Shown piece by piece: positions 29,970 through 39,233 of a stretch of DNA of 64,000 bases. A program made the position numbers and the translations under genes. Under the pieces are notes generated by a model. The model was not told the DNA's origin and ran no database searches. It worked only from the letters and a program-made list of their open reading frames with translations. How positions within the stretch are numbered: position 1 is the first letter of the stretch; the number at the start of each line of letters is the position of its first letter. The stretch comes from Clostridium sp. CAG:914 (GTDB lineage: Bacteria; Bacillota_I; Bacilli_A; RF39; UBA660): positions 68,289 to 132,288 of the forward strand of contig FR902162.1 of the NCBI GenBank assembly GCA_000437895.1, given 5' to 3'.

Positions 29970-31619
29970 ATGAGTAAGAAAAAATATGATGTAGTAGAAC
30001 TTAACAAAAAAGAAAATAAAATACTACTTGAAAAAAAACAAAATATGTTCATTTTGTTCTTAAATAAAATGGGACCATTATTTTCTATATTATTACTATT
30101 AATAGGCATTGGATTAGTGTCTCTAAGTTTAATGTTAGTAACAAAAAAATTACTAGTGTCTGAAGAACCTAATATCAAAGATGCTAAAATAACAGTTAAG
30201 TTTTTAGATGACATATCAGATGTTACAATGAAGAATATTACCCCTATACCAGAAAATACTGCTGTGAATAGCTTTAAAAATAGTAATGTATTTGCATCTA
30301 ATGGGGAAATTCTTATATATAAAAAAGTAGAAGCAAGTAGTTACATAATATATTATTTTAGTGATAAAAGTGCTTTAAAATTAAATAAAGAAGATAATAC
30401 AGTTATTAGAATTGCTCCCATAAATAATGAATATGGCATAAGTGATAATGGTACAATCAATATGAGCACTAAAATGAGTAATATAAACATAGATAATATA
30501 AAAGATACTAACTATGGAAAAATAACATATTTTACTGATGGAAGTGCTTTAATTACTAATAGTGATATAGATATGTTTGTAAGAAATAGTCTAGATATAA
30601 AAGAAAATTATATTTCTAATAATAAAGTATCTTATTTAAAAAATACTAATATTGAAAATGGTAAAGAAATAAATAACTTTTATGATGGAAGTATGTTAAT
30701 TAATTATAATGGTACAAATTATATTGTAAGAAATAATGATGATATAAAAGTAAATGGAAAAAATATAACATTTCCAAATAACAATCAAGCAACATTAACA
30801 GAAAGTATATCATTAGAACATAATATAAGAATAGATTATTATAGTGATGGATCTGCTATTGTTAAAGACGGCAGTAAAATAATTAGTGTAAGAAAAAGTA
30901 ACAGTATTATTATAAAAAACAATACTTTAATAGAAATAATTGATAATGTTGAAGTAAGTATTGCATCAACTAAAGATAATACCACATACTATACAAATGG
31001 AAGTGCTATGACAAAATATAATGATTTATTAGTGTTTGTTTCTGATAATTCACAAATTAAATATAAAGATAATAATGTTAATATTGAAGATAATTATAAA
31101 GAATTAACTCGTGAAAGTCATTTAAATAATGAAGATATATTTATATTTGATGATATAACTATTGTTACTAAAGATAATAAAACAATTATAACTAATACTA
31201 GCAATGTTATCATGGATAGTGATGGATATGTAAAAGAAATTATTAATAATACAATTGAAGATGATAAATTTTCCTTTACTATATCTAATGATACTAATGA
31301 AGAAATTAATTATAGAGTAGTTATAGAGTCATCAGAAAAAACAACTCTAGATACGAAGTTTATGAGATATATTTTAAGTTATAATAATATATATACTAAT
31401 CCTAGCAAATTAGAAGATAATATTTGGAAATATGATAAATTAAGTGAAAAATTAAACTTAAATGGTATTAATTATATTCTATTAGAAAAAAGTCTAGAGG
31501 CATATCAAATGGATGAAATATCTTTGATGTTATGGACTGATTATGAAACTATTCCTAATTCTATGATGAATAAAGCATTTTTAGGAACAATAAAAGTATA
31601 TTCTTGGATTAACGAATAA
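29970..31619 (+). CDS. N-terminally membrane-anchored surface protein with repeated YxxDGSA motifs
   Basis: Single TM near residues 35-55. Four copies of the Y(F/Y)(S/T)DGSA(L/I/M) motif at about 50-60 aa spacing. No cleavable SipW-type signal. Confidence 0.4.
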   Translation: MSKKKYDVVELNKKENKILLEKKQNMFILFLNKMGPLFSILLLLIGIGLVSLSLMLVTKKLLVSEEPNIKDAKITVKFLDDISDVTMKNITPIPENTAVNSFKNSNVFASNGEILIYKKVEASSYIIYYFSDKSALKLNKEDNTVIRIAPINNEYGISDNGTINMSTKMSNINIDNIKDTNYGKITYFTDGSALITNSDIDMFVRNSLDIKENYISNNKVSYLKNTNIENGKEINNFYDGSMLINYNGTNYIVRNNDDIKVNGKNITFPNNNQATLTESISLEHNIRIDYYSDGSAIVKDGSKIISVRKSNSIIIKNNTLIEIIDNVEVSIASTKDNTTYYTNGSAMTKYNDLLVFVSDNSQIKYKDNNVNIEDNYKELTRESHLNNEDIFIFDDITIVTKDNKTIITNTSNVIMDSDGYVKEIINNTIEDDKFSFTISNDTNEEINYRVVIESSEKTTLDTKFMRYILSYNNIYTNPSKLEDNIWKYDKLSEKLNLNGINYILLEKSLEAYQMDEISLMLWTDYETIPNSMMNKAFLGTIKVYSWINE

Positions 31620-31635
31620 CTAGAAAGGTGGTACT

Positions 31636-33873
31636 ATGGAAGAAATATTAAATAAAAAAAATTATATTTTATTAATAGCAATTATTTTTGTGGCCGTTTC
31701 TTTATCAGGTACCACATATTCATTGTTTATTAAAGTAGATGATACTAATCAATTTAATTATAAAACAGGTATATTAGATCTAGAATTCCAAGAAGAAAAC
31801 ATCATTGAATTACCAGAAGCTTTCCCTGTTAGTGACACTAAAGGAATGTCTTATGAACCGTACACTTTATCAGTTAAAAATATAGGAACAATTGCATATA
31901 TCTTTGATTTAAAAGTATCTGATAATGATGATAATAAACTAATTAATAGTAAATATATTAAAGTACAAATAGATGATAATTTACCAATAACACTACAAAA
32001 TAGTAATAATACATTAAAGAAAAATATAATTTTATATCCAGGGGAAACAATAAAATTTAAAATAAAAATGTGGTTAGATATAAATACTCCAAATACTGAA
32101 CTTGGAAAACAATTTAATGCTACATTAATTACCAGTGGCAGTTCATTTTATAAAACTTTAGATGAAAGTGGAGCTAACCACCCAAGTCTAGAAGATAATA
32201 TGCTTCCTGTATATTATGATGAATATAACAAGGTATGGAAAAAAGCTGATGAAAGTAATTTAGATGCTAGTTATAAATGGTATGATTATGATGATAAAAT
32301 GTGGGCTAATTCTATAGTTTTAAAAGATGGAGAAAAGGTTATTCATGATATATCAAGTAAAAATAATAATATAAAAAATATAAGTAATATAAATGTAATT
32401 GATAAAAATTTAATATTAGAAAATAATAAATTAGATATAAATTTAAGTAAGTATATTAATAAGAACATAAGTATTGTAGAAAGATTGGCTTTAAATGACT
32501 TAAAGCATAATGATATAGATATTATTTCAAGCGATGGATTTAATTTAAGATATAATACTAAAAATAATAATTTTATTATAGATATAAATGGATTTAATAT
32601 AACATCTAATAAATATATTATTGAGGAAAATAAATTTTATATTATAAGTCTTACTATGAGTGATAAAGACATAAATCTATATATAAATGGTAGTAGTGTT
32701 TTAAATTATAGTATGGCAATCAATACAAATTATAATATATTAACTATTGGTGGTATAGGAAATGTTTTAGTTAGTGATTTATATGTATATAATGATATAT
32801 TGACAAGTAAAGAAGTAAATAATAATTATAGGGATAATCTAATATTAATAACTGATAATTTAGTAAGTGGATATAATAATTTTTATCCAATGACAACGGA
32901 TAGCTATTATAAAAGTAGTCCTTTAGGAACTACTATTAAAGATAGTGATATAAATGAATTTTATGTATGGATACCAAGATTTAAGTATCGTTTATGGAAT
33001 GTTACTGGAGAACCTAATATAAGTTCTTATGATGCTTACACTAAAGGAATAGATATATCTTTTGAAAAAAATAAAGAAAGTGGAGGAAGTATATACTGTA
33101 AAGATAATATTTGTTATAGTGATGAGGGGAGAATAATACCTTTAACACAAAATGATAATGACAAATACTATACACCAAGTAGTTTTACTAACAATGAGGA
33201 ATTATTAGGATTTTGGGTTGGTAAGTACGAAGTATCTAATGGTTGCAAAGATAATTGCCTAACCAATAGCAGTAACTTTACTATACTACCTAATCAAGAA
33301 TCATGGAGAAATAATAATTTATCTAATTATTATGAAGCTATAAAAGGTAAAGCAAACAGTTATCATATAATAAAAAATAGTGAATGGGGAACTATAAGTT
33401 ATCTATCACATTCAAAGTATGGAATATGTTCTAACATGAAATGTACAGAGATAACTTCAAACAATACATATATTTCAGGAAAAGACGAAAAAGACAGTAC
33501 TACAGGAAACATCTATGGAGTATATGATATGGCAGGAAGTGCTTCAGAATTTGTTATGGCAAATTATTCCACAAATAATTCTTTAGCACTAAATAATAGT
33601 AATTTCAAATATAACACTACTATCCCTAGTACTGATTATGATTTGTATAGTGGTACTAACTTTATCTTAGGAGACGCTACAAAAGAAATACTTTTGTCAT
33701 CGTCAAATACAGGTGCTTGGTACAACAATTACTCTGTATTTATCGACAAAGTAAATAACTGGTTTATACGTGGTGGAATGGCTGGAAATGAAGTTGGTAA
33801 TGGAATATTCTACTATAATGCTACTAGTGATAATCAAAGCGAATATATATCCACAAGAGTAGTTATTAGATAA
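31636..33873 (+). CDS. TasA/camelysin-like N-terminal domain with SipW-cognate signal peptide fused to a C-terminal FGE/SUMF1-like domain
   Basis: N-terminus LLIAIIFVAVSLSGTTYSLF...KTGILDLEF parallels TasA ...GGGTWAAF...SGTLDLSA. C-terminal NIYGVYDMAGSASEFV...FIRGGMAGNE resembles FGE-sulfatase-family motifs (YGLYDMSGNVWEW...RGGSW). Confidence 0.55.
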   Translation: MEEILNKKNYILLIAIIFVAVSLSGTTYSLFIKVDDTNQFNYKTGILDLEFQEENIIELPEAFPVSDTKGMSYEPYTLSVKNIGTIAYIFDLKVSDNDDNKLINSKYIKVQIDDNLPITLQNSNNTLKKNIILYPGETIKFKIKMWLDINTPNTELGKQFNATLITSGSSFYKTLDESGANHPSLEDNMLPVYYDEYNKVWKKADESNLDASYKWYDYDDKMWANSIVLKDGEKVIHDISSKNNNIKNISNINVIDKNLILENNKLDINLSKYINKNISIVERLALNDLKHNDIDIISSDGFNLRYNTKNNNFIIDINGFNITSNKYIIEENKFYIISLTMSDKDINLYINGSSVLNYSMAINTNYNILTIGGIGNVLVSDLYVYNDILTSKEVNNNYRDNLILITDNLVSGYNNFYPMTTDSYYKSSPLGTTIKDSDINEFYVWIPRFKYRLWNVTGEPNISSYDAYTKGIDISFEKNKESGGSIYCKDNICYSDEGRIIPLTQNDNDKYYTPSSFTNNEELLGFWVGKYEVSNGCKDNCLTNSSNFTILPNQESWRNNNLSNYYEAIKGKANSYHIIKNSEWGTISYLSHSKYGICSNMKCTEITSNNTYISGKDEKDSTTGNIYGVYDMAGSASEFVMANYSTNNSLALNNSNFKYNTTIPSTDYDLYSGTNFILGDATKEILLSSSNTGAWYNNYSVFIDKVNNWFIRGGMAGNEVGNGIFYYNATSDNQSEYISTRVVIR

Positions 33874-33908
33874 TAATAAAACTGATTAGAATTTTTTACT
33901 AATCAGTT

Positions 33909-34772
33909 TTATTTATATTCAGCTTTAATCATTTTAGCATGAATAACAATTCTTTTTGTACTATCATTATTACAAGTAGATAAAGTTAAAATTTTATCTT
34001 CCGTTGAAATATCTTCATTAAAATCATATATGCTTCTTCCTTTAATCGTATCAACAAACTTTTGATGTTCTTCCTCTGTTTCAAAATAAGTCTTTAAGTA
34101 ATATACTTCTGTTTTAATCATATATATTGAAAATATTTTCCATACAGTATTAGAGGTAGGAGTGGATACTTTGATATAATGATTATCGACATTAGTATAC
34201 CAACTATCTTTTAAACACCAAGTTAATGTACTAAACATCGTATCTGTTCTTGTATTATGAGCATAAATAATAGAATTATTACCAAAATATTTAAAATCAT
34301 CACGATAGTCAGCATAAACCCAACCACTACGATTACTTTTTTTATTAAAATCATGTTTTAAATAGTATGCATTATCACTCGTTTGTACAACTGGATAATT
34401 AACATTAGTATTATTAACCTTAATCCACCCCACAGTATCGCTGTTTTTGGATAATAATTCCCCAAAATCAACATTCATAAAACTAATATTCTTATATTTG
34501 TCTTCACTATCTGGATAATATTCAACATAATCAATAGTTTCTTGCTTTTCATCTTTTAAAGCTTCTGTAGTTTTTAAAATATCGTTTGTAAGAAAATCCA
34601 ACTTCAATTGCTGAACATACCACTTAGAACAAATAAATACACAAATAAGATAAGTACCTAATGTCAAAGATAAAATAATTATAGGTATAACAGGTTTACC
34701 ATTGTACTTAATTTCATTTGCTTTCTTTGGATTAAATAATGTTATAATACCCTGTATAAAATATTTTGGCAT
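33909..34772 (-). CDS. srtB: Class B sortase
   Basis: Aligns along its length with S. aureus SrtB: DTVGWIKVNNTNVNYPVVQ, IIYAHN (His), TMFSTL, KILTLSTCNN...TKRIVIHAKMIK (TLxTC Cys plus conserved Arg). N-terminal TM anchor. Confidence 0.8.
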   Translation of the reverse strand: MPKYFIQGIITLFNPKKANEIKYNGKPVIPIIILSLTLGTYLICVFICSKWYVQQLKLDFLTNDILKTTEALKDEKQETIDYVEYYPDSEDKYKNISFMNVDFGELLSKNSDTVGWIKVNNTNVNYPVVQTSDNAYYLKHDFNKKSNRSGWVYADYRDDFKYFGNNSIIYAHNTRTDTMFSTLTWCLKDSWYTNVDNHYIKVSTPTSNTVWKIFSIYMIKTEVYYLKTYFETEEEHQKFVDTIKGRSIYDFNEDISTEDKILTLSTCNNDSTKRIVIHAKMIKAEYK

Positions 34773-34927
34773 AGTTATAACAGTTTTTAGTCCTAAGAAA
34801 AACCATCTAAAAATATCTATTATAACACCTCCATATTCTTATAAAATTATATCAAATAATATAATATTTGTCGATATTTTTTATTTTTTTCTACAAAAGA
34901 AATTAATATAGTGGTATAATACACTTA

Positions 34928-35485
34928 ATGGAGGGAAGTGAATTTGTGGATAATAATATAAAAGTTGGAGATAAATTACAAATTCATTGCTATAAACATG
35001 ACGGATCATTACATCGAACTTGGGATGAAGCAACATTATTAGAAATACACGATGATTATTTAGTTTTTGGTAATAATCAAACAACCGTCGTAGATGCAGA
35101 TGGAAAAGTATGGAAAACGAAAGAACCTGCTATCATGTTTTTCTTTAAAGATAGATGGTTTAATATTATAGGTCAGTTAAAAGATTATGGAATATATTTT
35201 TATTGTAATATCGCAACACCAGCACTAATTGATAATAAAGTAATAAAATACATTGACTATGACTTAGATTTAAGAGTTTTCCCTAACGGAAGTTTTAAAA
35301 TACTAGATCGTATGGAATATAAATACCATAAAAAACAAATGCACTATTCTAATAGATTAGATTTTATTTTAAAATATGAATTAGGTAATTTAATAGATAT
35401 GGTTAGAGTAAGAGAAACACCATTTAATAAAGAAGTTATAAATAATTATTATGAAAAATATGTAGAATTAACAAACAAAAAATAA
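34928..35485 (+). CDS. DUF402/YgaC-family nucleoside tri/diphosphatase (Ntdp-like)
   Basis: GDKLQIHCYKHDGSLHRTWDE...DYDLDLRV pattern of the DUF402 family. The true start may be the internal GTG. Confidence 0.65.
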   Translation: MEGSEFVDNNIKVGDKLQIHCYKHDGSLHRTWDEATLLEIHDDYLVFGNNQTTVVDADGKVWKTKEPAIMFFFKDRWFNIIGQLKDYGIYFYCNIATPALIDNKVIKYIDYDLDLRVFPNGSFKILDRMEYKYHKKQMHYSNRLDFILKYELGNLIDMVRVRETPFNKEVINNYYEKYVELTNKK

Positions 35486-35587
35486 TTCTTTTTTTCTGTA
35501 AATTAAAATAAGAAAAATGCTATAAAACTATTGTAATATTATATTGAGTTTTGCTATAATGTAATTGAATATGAAAGGAAGATTAAA

Positions 35588-36037
35588 ATGAATGAATACA
35601 AAATAACAGTACATGATGAAAATGAAACAATGGAGTTAGCAGAAAATATTGAATCAGAGAAGTTTCCTAATATGGTTATTTGTTTAAATGGAGACCTAGG
35701 AAGTGGTAAAACCGTATTTACTAAAGCATTTGCTAGTGCTATGACTATTCCTGAAATATCTTCTCCAACATTCAATATAATTAAAGAATATAATGGAGAA
35801 TTACCTTTATATCATATGGATATGTATAGAGTAGAAGATAAAATAGAATCACTTGGTATAGAAGAATACTATACTAAAGGAGGAGTAACTATTATTGAAT
35901 GGGCTGAATTAATTAAAGACTATTTACCAGAGGAAAGATTAGATATAAAATTTAAAATAGTAGATGAAAATACAAGAATTATAATATTAAAGCCTTATGG
36001 TGAAGAATACGTTAGAGTATGTGAGGACATTTTATGA
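35588..36037 (+). CDS. tsaE: tRNA t6A biosynthesis ATPase TsaE
   Basis: GDLGSGKT P-loop and the HMDMYRV motif. Confidence 0.85.
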   Translation: MNEYKITVHDENETMELAENIESEKFPNMVICLNGDLGSGKTVFTKAFASAMTIPEISSPTFNIIKEYNGELPLYHMDMYRVEDKIESLGIEEYYTKGGVTIIEWAELIKDYLPEERLDIKFKIVDENTRIIILKPYGEEYVRVCEDIL

Positions 36038-36663
36038 TAAGTTTATTTATAGATACATCTTCTTCTGATGTATCTATTGCCATTGTTAAGGATAATATTA
36101 TATTAGGTAGCATAAATAAGTCTTCTATAAAAGAACACTCTAAACATGTTGCAAATGATATAAAAACATTATTAGATAATAATAGTATTTCTCCTAAAGA
36201 AGTAAATACCATAATGGTTTGTGTAGGACCAGGTTCATTTACTGGAATAAGAATCGGTGTAACTATTGCAAAAACCTACGGATATTTAGTTAATAATTCT
36301 TTGTACCCTATGTCAAGTTTAAAAGAATTAGCTTTAAGTACTAAAGAAAAAAAAGAATATATTATGTCATTAATAAGTGCTAAAAATAATAATTATTATA
36401 TTGGATTATATGATGAAAATTATGAAGAAGTAGTTAATGAACAATTTATGAATGAAACAAATATTATAGAATTAATAAAAGAATATAATCCTACACTAGT
36501 GGGAGATAACATCTATACCTTAGGAGAATACTATACTAGTAAAGTAGATTTAGATATACTTTCTATTATTAATTATTATAAAAATAAAAGAAAGGTAATG
36601 TCTCACGAATTATTACCTAATTATTTAAAACAACCACAGGCATTAGAAAATAAAAATGATTAA
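36034..36663 (+). CDS. tsaB: tRNA t6A biosynthesis protein TsaB (YeaZ)
   Basis: ASKHA fold N-terminus (LFIDTSS...VGPGSFTGIRIGV). Lies in the tsaE-tsaB-rimI-tsaD operon. Confidence 0.8.
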   Translation: MISLFIDTSSSDVSIAIVKDNIILGSINKSSIKEHSKHVANDIKTLLDNNSISPKEVNTIMVCVGPGSFTGIRIGVTIAKTYGYLVNNSLYPMSSLKELALSTKEKKEYIMSLISAKNNNYYIGLYDENYEEVVNEQFMNETNIIELIKEYNPTLVGDNIYTLGEYYTSKVDLDILSIINYYKNKRKVMSHELLPNYLKQPQALENKND

Positions 36664-37009
36664 AGAAGTAGAAATAGTAGCATCCAATCCATTTGGAAGA
36701 AGAATAGAGTATTTCTATGATGATATAAGTGTAGGTTATTTAGATTTTTCAATTATCTATGACAGAATGGAAATAGATAATTTGTTTGTTAAAGAAGAAT
36801 ATAGAGGATTAGGAATTGCTACTAAATTAATGTCTCATGTTATAAGTATTGCTATAGAAACAAGAATGATAAATATTACTTTAGAAGTAAGAATAAGTAA
36901 TGAAATAGCTAGAAATTTATATAAAAAATTTGGCTTTAGAGAAGTAAGCTTAAGAAAATACTATTATGGAGATGAAGATGGTATTTTAATGGAGAAACAG
37001 GTGATGTAA
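36656..37009 (+). CDS. rimI: Ribosomal-protein-alanine N-acetyltransferase RimI (GNAT)
   Basis: GNAT motif A (RGLGIATKLM). Conserved operon position. Confidence 0.75.
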   Translation: MIKEVEIVASNPFGRRIEYFYDDISVGYLDFSIIYDRMEIDNLFVKEEYRGLGIATKLMSHVISIAIETRMINITLEVRISNEIARNLYKKFGFREVSLRKYYYGDEDGILMEKQVM

Positions 37010-38023
37010 ATGAAAGATATATATTGTTTAGCAATAGAAACATCTTGTGATGAAACAAGTATGAGTATTGTAAAAAATGGAACAGAAGAAATAGCTACAG
37101 TTACAAATACACAAATTGATATTCATAAAAAATTTGGAGGAGTAGTACCAGAAATAGCTAGTCGTAGCCATATAGAATCGATAACTATAGTATTAGATGA
37201 ACTACTAGAAAAAACAGACTTAACCCTAGAAGATATAGATATCATAGGGGTAACCTATGGGCCAGGCTTAATTGGATCACTATTAATAGGAGTAGAATGT
37301 GCTAAAACGATATCATTGGTTTTAAATAAACCATTAATACCAGTTCATCATATAGCAGGACATATATATGCCAATAATTTAGAGAAAAGATTACAGTTCC
37401 CTCTAATTGCATTAGTTGTATCTGGTGGACATACAGATTTAGTGTATATGGAGAATGATTATACCTTTAAAAGAATAGGTTCAACTCTAGATGATGCTGT
37501 TGGAGAATGTTACGATAAAGTAGCAAAAGTATTGGGACTAGAGTACCCAGGAGGACCAAAGGTAGATAAATTAGCTAAGTTAGGACAAGACACTTATGAT
37601 TTACCTCTTCCATTAGATGATAATACTTATAATTTCAGTTTTAGCGGTATCAAATCCAAAATTGTAAATTTAGTACATAATGAATTACAAAGAGGTAATG
37701 AAATAAGAATAAATGATATGTGCAATTCATTTCAAGAAAGAGTTGTTAAAGTTCTAGTCAAGAAAACAAAAAAAGCAATACGAGAATATAATGTTAAAAA
37801 TCTTGTATTAGCAGGAGGCGTAGCAGCAAATAGCTATCTAAGAGAAAAATTAACAGAAATGTCAAACGAAGAGAATATTAATTTTTCATATCCATCAATA
37901 AATTATTGCACAGATAACGCTACGATGATAGGAAGTGCAGCATATTATGCTTACAAAAAAGGAATTACAGCTGATTTAACTTTAAATGCTAAAGCAGTTG
38001 ATACTTTATACAAAAATGACTAA
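37010..38023 (+). CDS. tsaD: tRNA N6-adenosine threonylcarbamoyltransferase TsaD
   Basis: ETSCDET, His-rich HHIAGH metal site, GGVAAN. Confidence 0.9.
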   Translation: MKDIYCLAIETSCDETSMSIVKNGTEEIATVTNTQIDIHKKFGGVVPEIASRSHIESITIVLDELLEKTDLTLEDIDIIGVTYGPGLIGSLLIGVECAKTISLVLNKPLIPVHHIAGHIYANNLEKRLQFPLIALVVSGGHTDLVYMENDYTFKRIGSTLDDAVGECYDKVAKVLGLEYPGGPKVDKLAKLGQDTYDLPLPLDDNTYNFSFSGIKSKIVNLVHNELQRGNEIRINDMCNSFQERVVKVLVKKTKKAIREYNVKNLVLAGGVAANSYLREKLTEMSNEENINFSYPSINYCTDNATMIGSAAYYAYKKGITADLTLNAKAVDTLYKND

Positions 38024-38099
38024 TAAATTTAGTCTTTTTCTTGTTATTTAACTATACTTATTATATAATTAAGTTATAAATAAAGAAGGATGTGACATA

Positions 38100-38582
38100 A
38101 TGAAAAATAAAGGTTTTACATTAATAGAATTACTTGCTACCCTAATAATTTTAGCTCTAATCACCTCTGTAGTAACAATAGTTACATTGAATACTATGAA
38201 AAAAGCTAAAGAAAAAGAAAGAGATATTCTTGTTGCAAACATTATAGATGGAGCTACCGCTATGGCATTAGAATGTGTAAACACTACACCAAAAGAATTA
38301 CCTATATGTGGGAATATTAATGAAAACAACAAAATACCTTTAGGAGATTTAGTAAAATATGGATATATACAAGGTGATGAAAATGGAAAGATTTATAATC
38401 CCGCCGCCTCAAAAGAAGAATACAAAGATGTCACAGATTGTGAGTTTTACATAGAAACAATCAAAGATGTAGCAGAATTTCATATCTGTGAGATGAACGA
38501 GAGTGGTAAACCAATATGTCCAAATGGACCACAAATAGAAAAGTGTTATGAATTAAAATTAGCTGTAGATGGAGGAAAATAA
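38100..38582 (+). CDS. Type IV pilin/pseudopilin-like, Cys-rich
   Basis: Prepilin leader MKNKG|FTLIELLATLIILALI. Mature region has about 7 Cys. Confidence 0.6.
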   Translation: MKNKGFTLIELLATLIILALITSVVTIVTLNTMKKAKEKERDILVANIIDGATAMALECVNTTPKELPICGNINENNKIPLGDLVKYGYIQGDENGKIYNPAASKEEYKDVTDCEFYIETIKDVAEFHICEMNESGKPICPNGPQIEKCYELKLAVDGGK

Positions 38583-39232
38583 TGACCAATAATTATTGGG
38601 ATGCAGTCTTAAAAGAAGAATATGAAAAGAATTATTTTAAAAACATAGCAATGTTTATAAATAAAGAATATAAAGAGAAAATAGTATATCCACCAAAAAG
38701 AGATATTCTAAGAGCATTAAAATTAACAGATTATAATGATGTAAAAGTAGTTATTTTAGGACAAGATCCATATCATGGGGAAAATGAAGCAAATGGATTG
38801 TCATTTTCCGTAAATGAAGGCATTAAATTACCACCATCTCTTAAAAATATATATAAAGAATTATATGATGATTTAGGAATAACTAAAACTACTGGTGACT
38901 TAACTTCATGGGCTAATCAAGGTGTATTGCTTTTAAATAGTGTCTTAACAGTATTAAAAGATACGCCTACATCTCATAGCAAAATAGGATGGCAAGAATA
39001 TACTGATGCCATTATAAGAAAATTAAATGAAAGAGAAAAAACTATCGTATTTATTCTATGGGGAAATTATGCCAGAAGTAAAAAAAATTTAATTACTAAT
39101 AAAAGACATTATATTATAGAATCACCCCATCCATCACCATTTTCAGCAAATAGCGGTTTCTTTGGCAGTAGACCATTTTCTAAAACAAACGAATTCTTAA
39201 AAAAGAACAATATAAAAGAAATAGAGTGGTAA
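38582..39232 (+). CDS. ung: Uracil-DNA glycosylase
   Basis: GQDPYHG water-activating loop and HPSPFSA C-terminal motif. Confidence 0.9.
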   Translation: MTNNYWDAVLKEEYEKNYFKNIAMFINKEYKEKIVYPPKRDILRALKLTDYNDVKVVILGQDPYHGENEANGLSFSVNEGIKLPPSLKNIYKELYDDLGITKTTGDLTSWANQGVLLLNSVLTVLKDTPTSHSKIGWQEYTDAIIRKLNEREKTIVFILWGNYARSKKNLITNKRHYIIESPHPSPFSANSGFFGSRPFSKTNEFLKKNNIKEIEW

Positions 39233-39233
39233 T

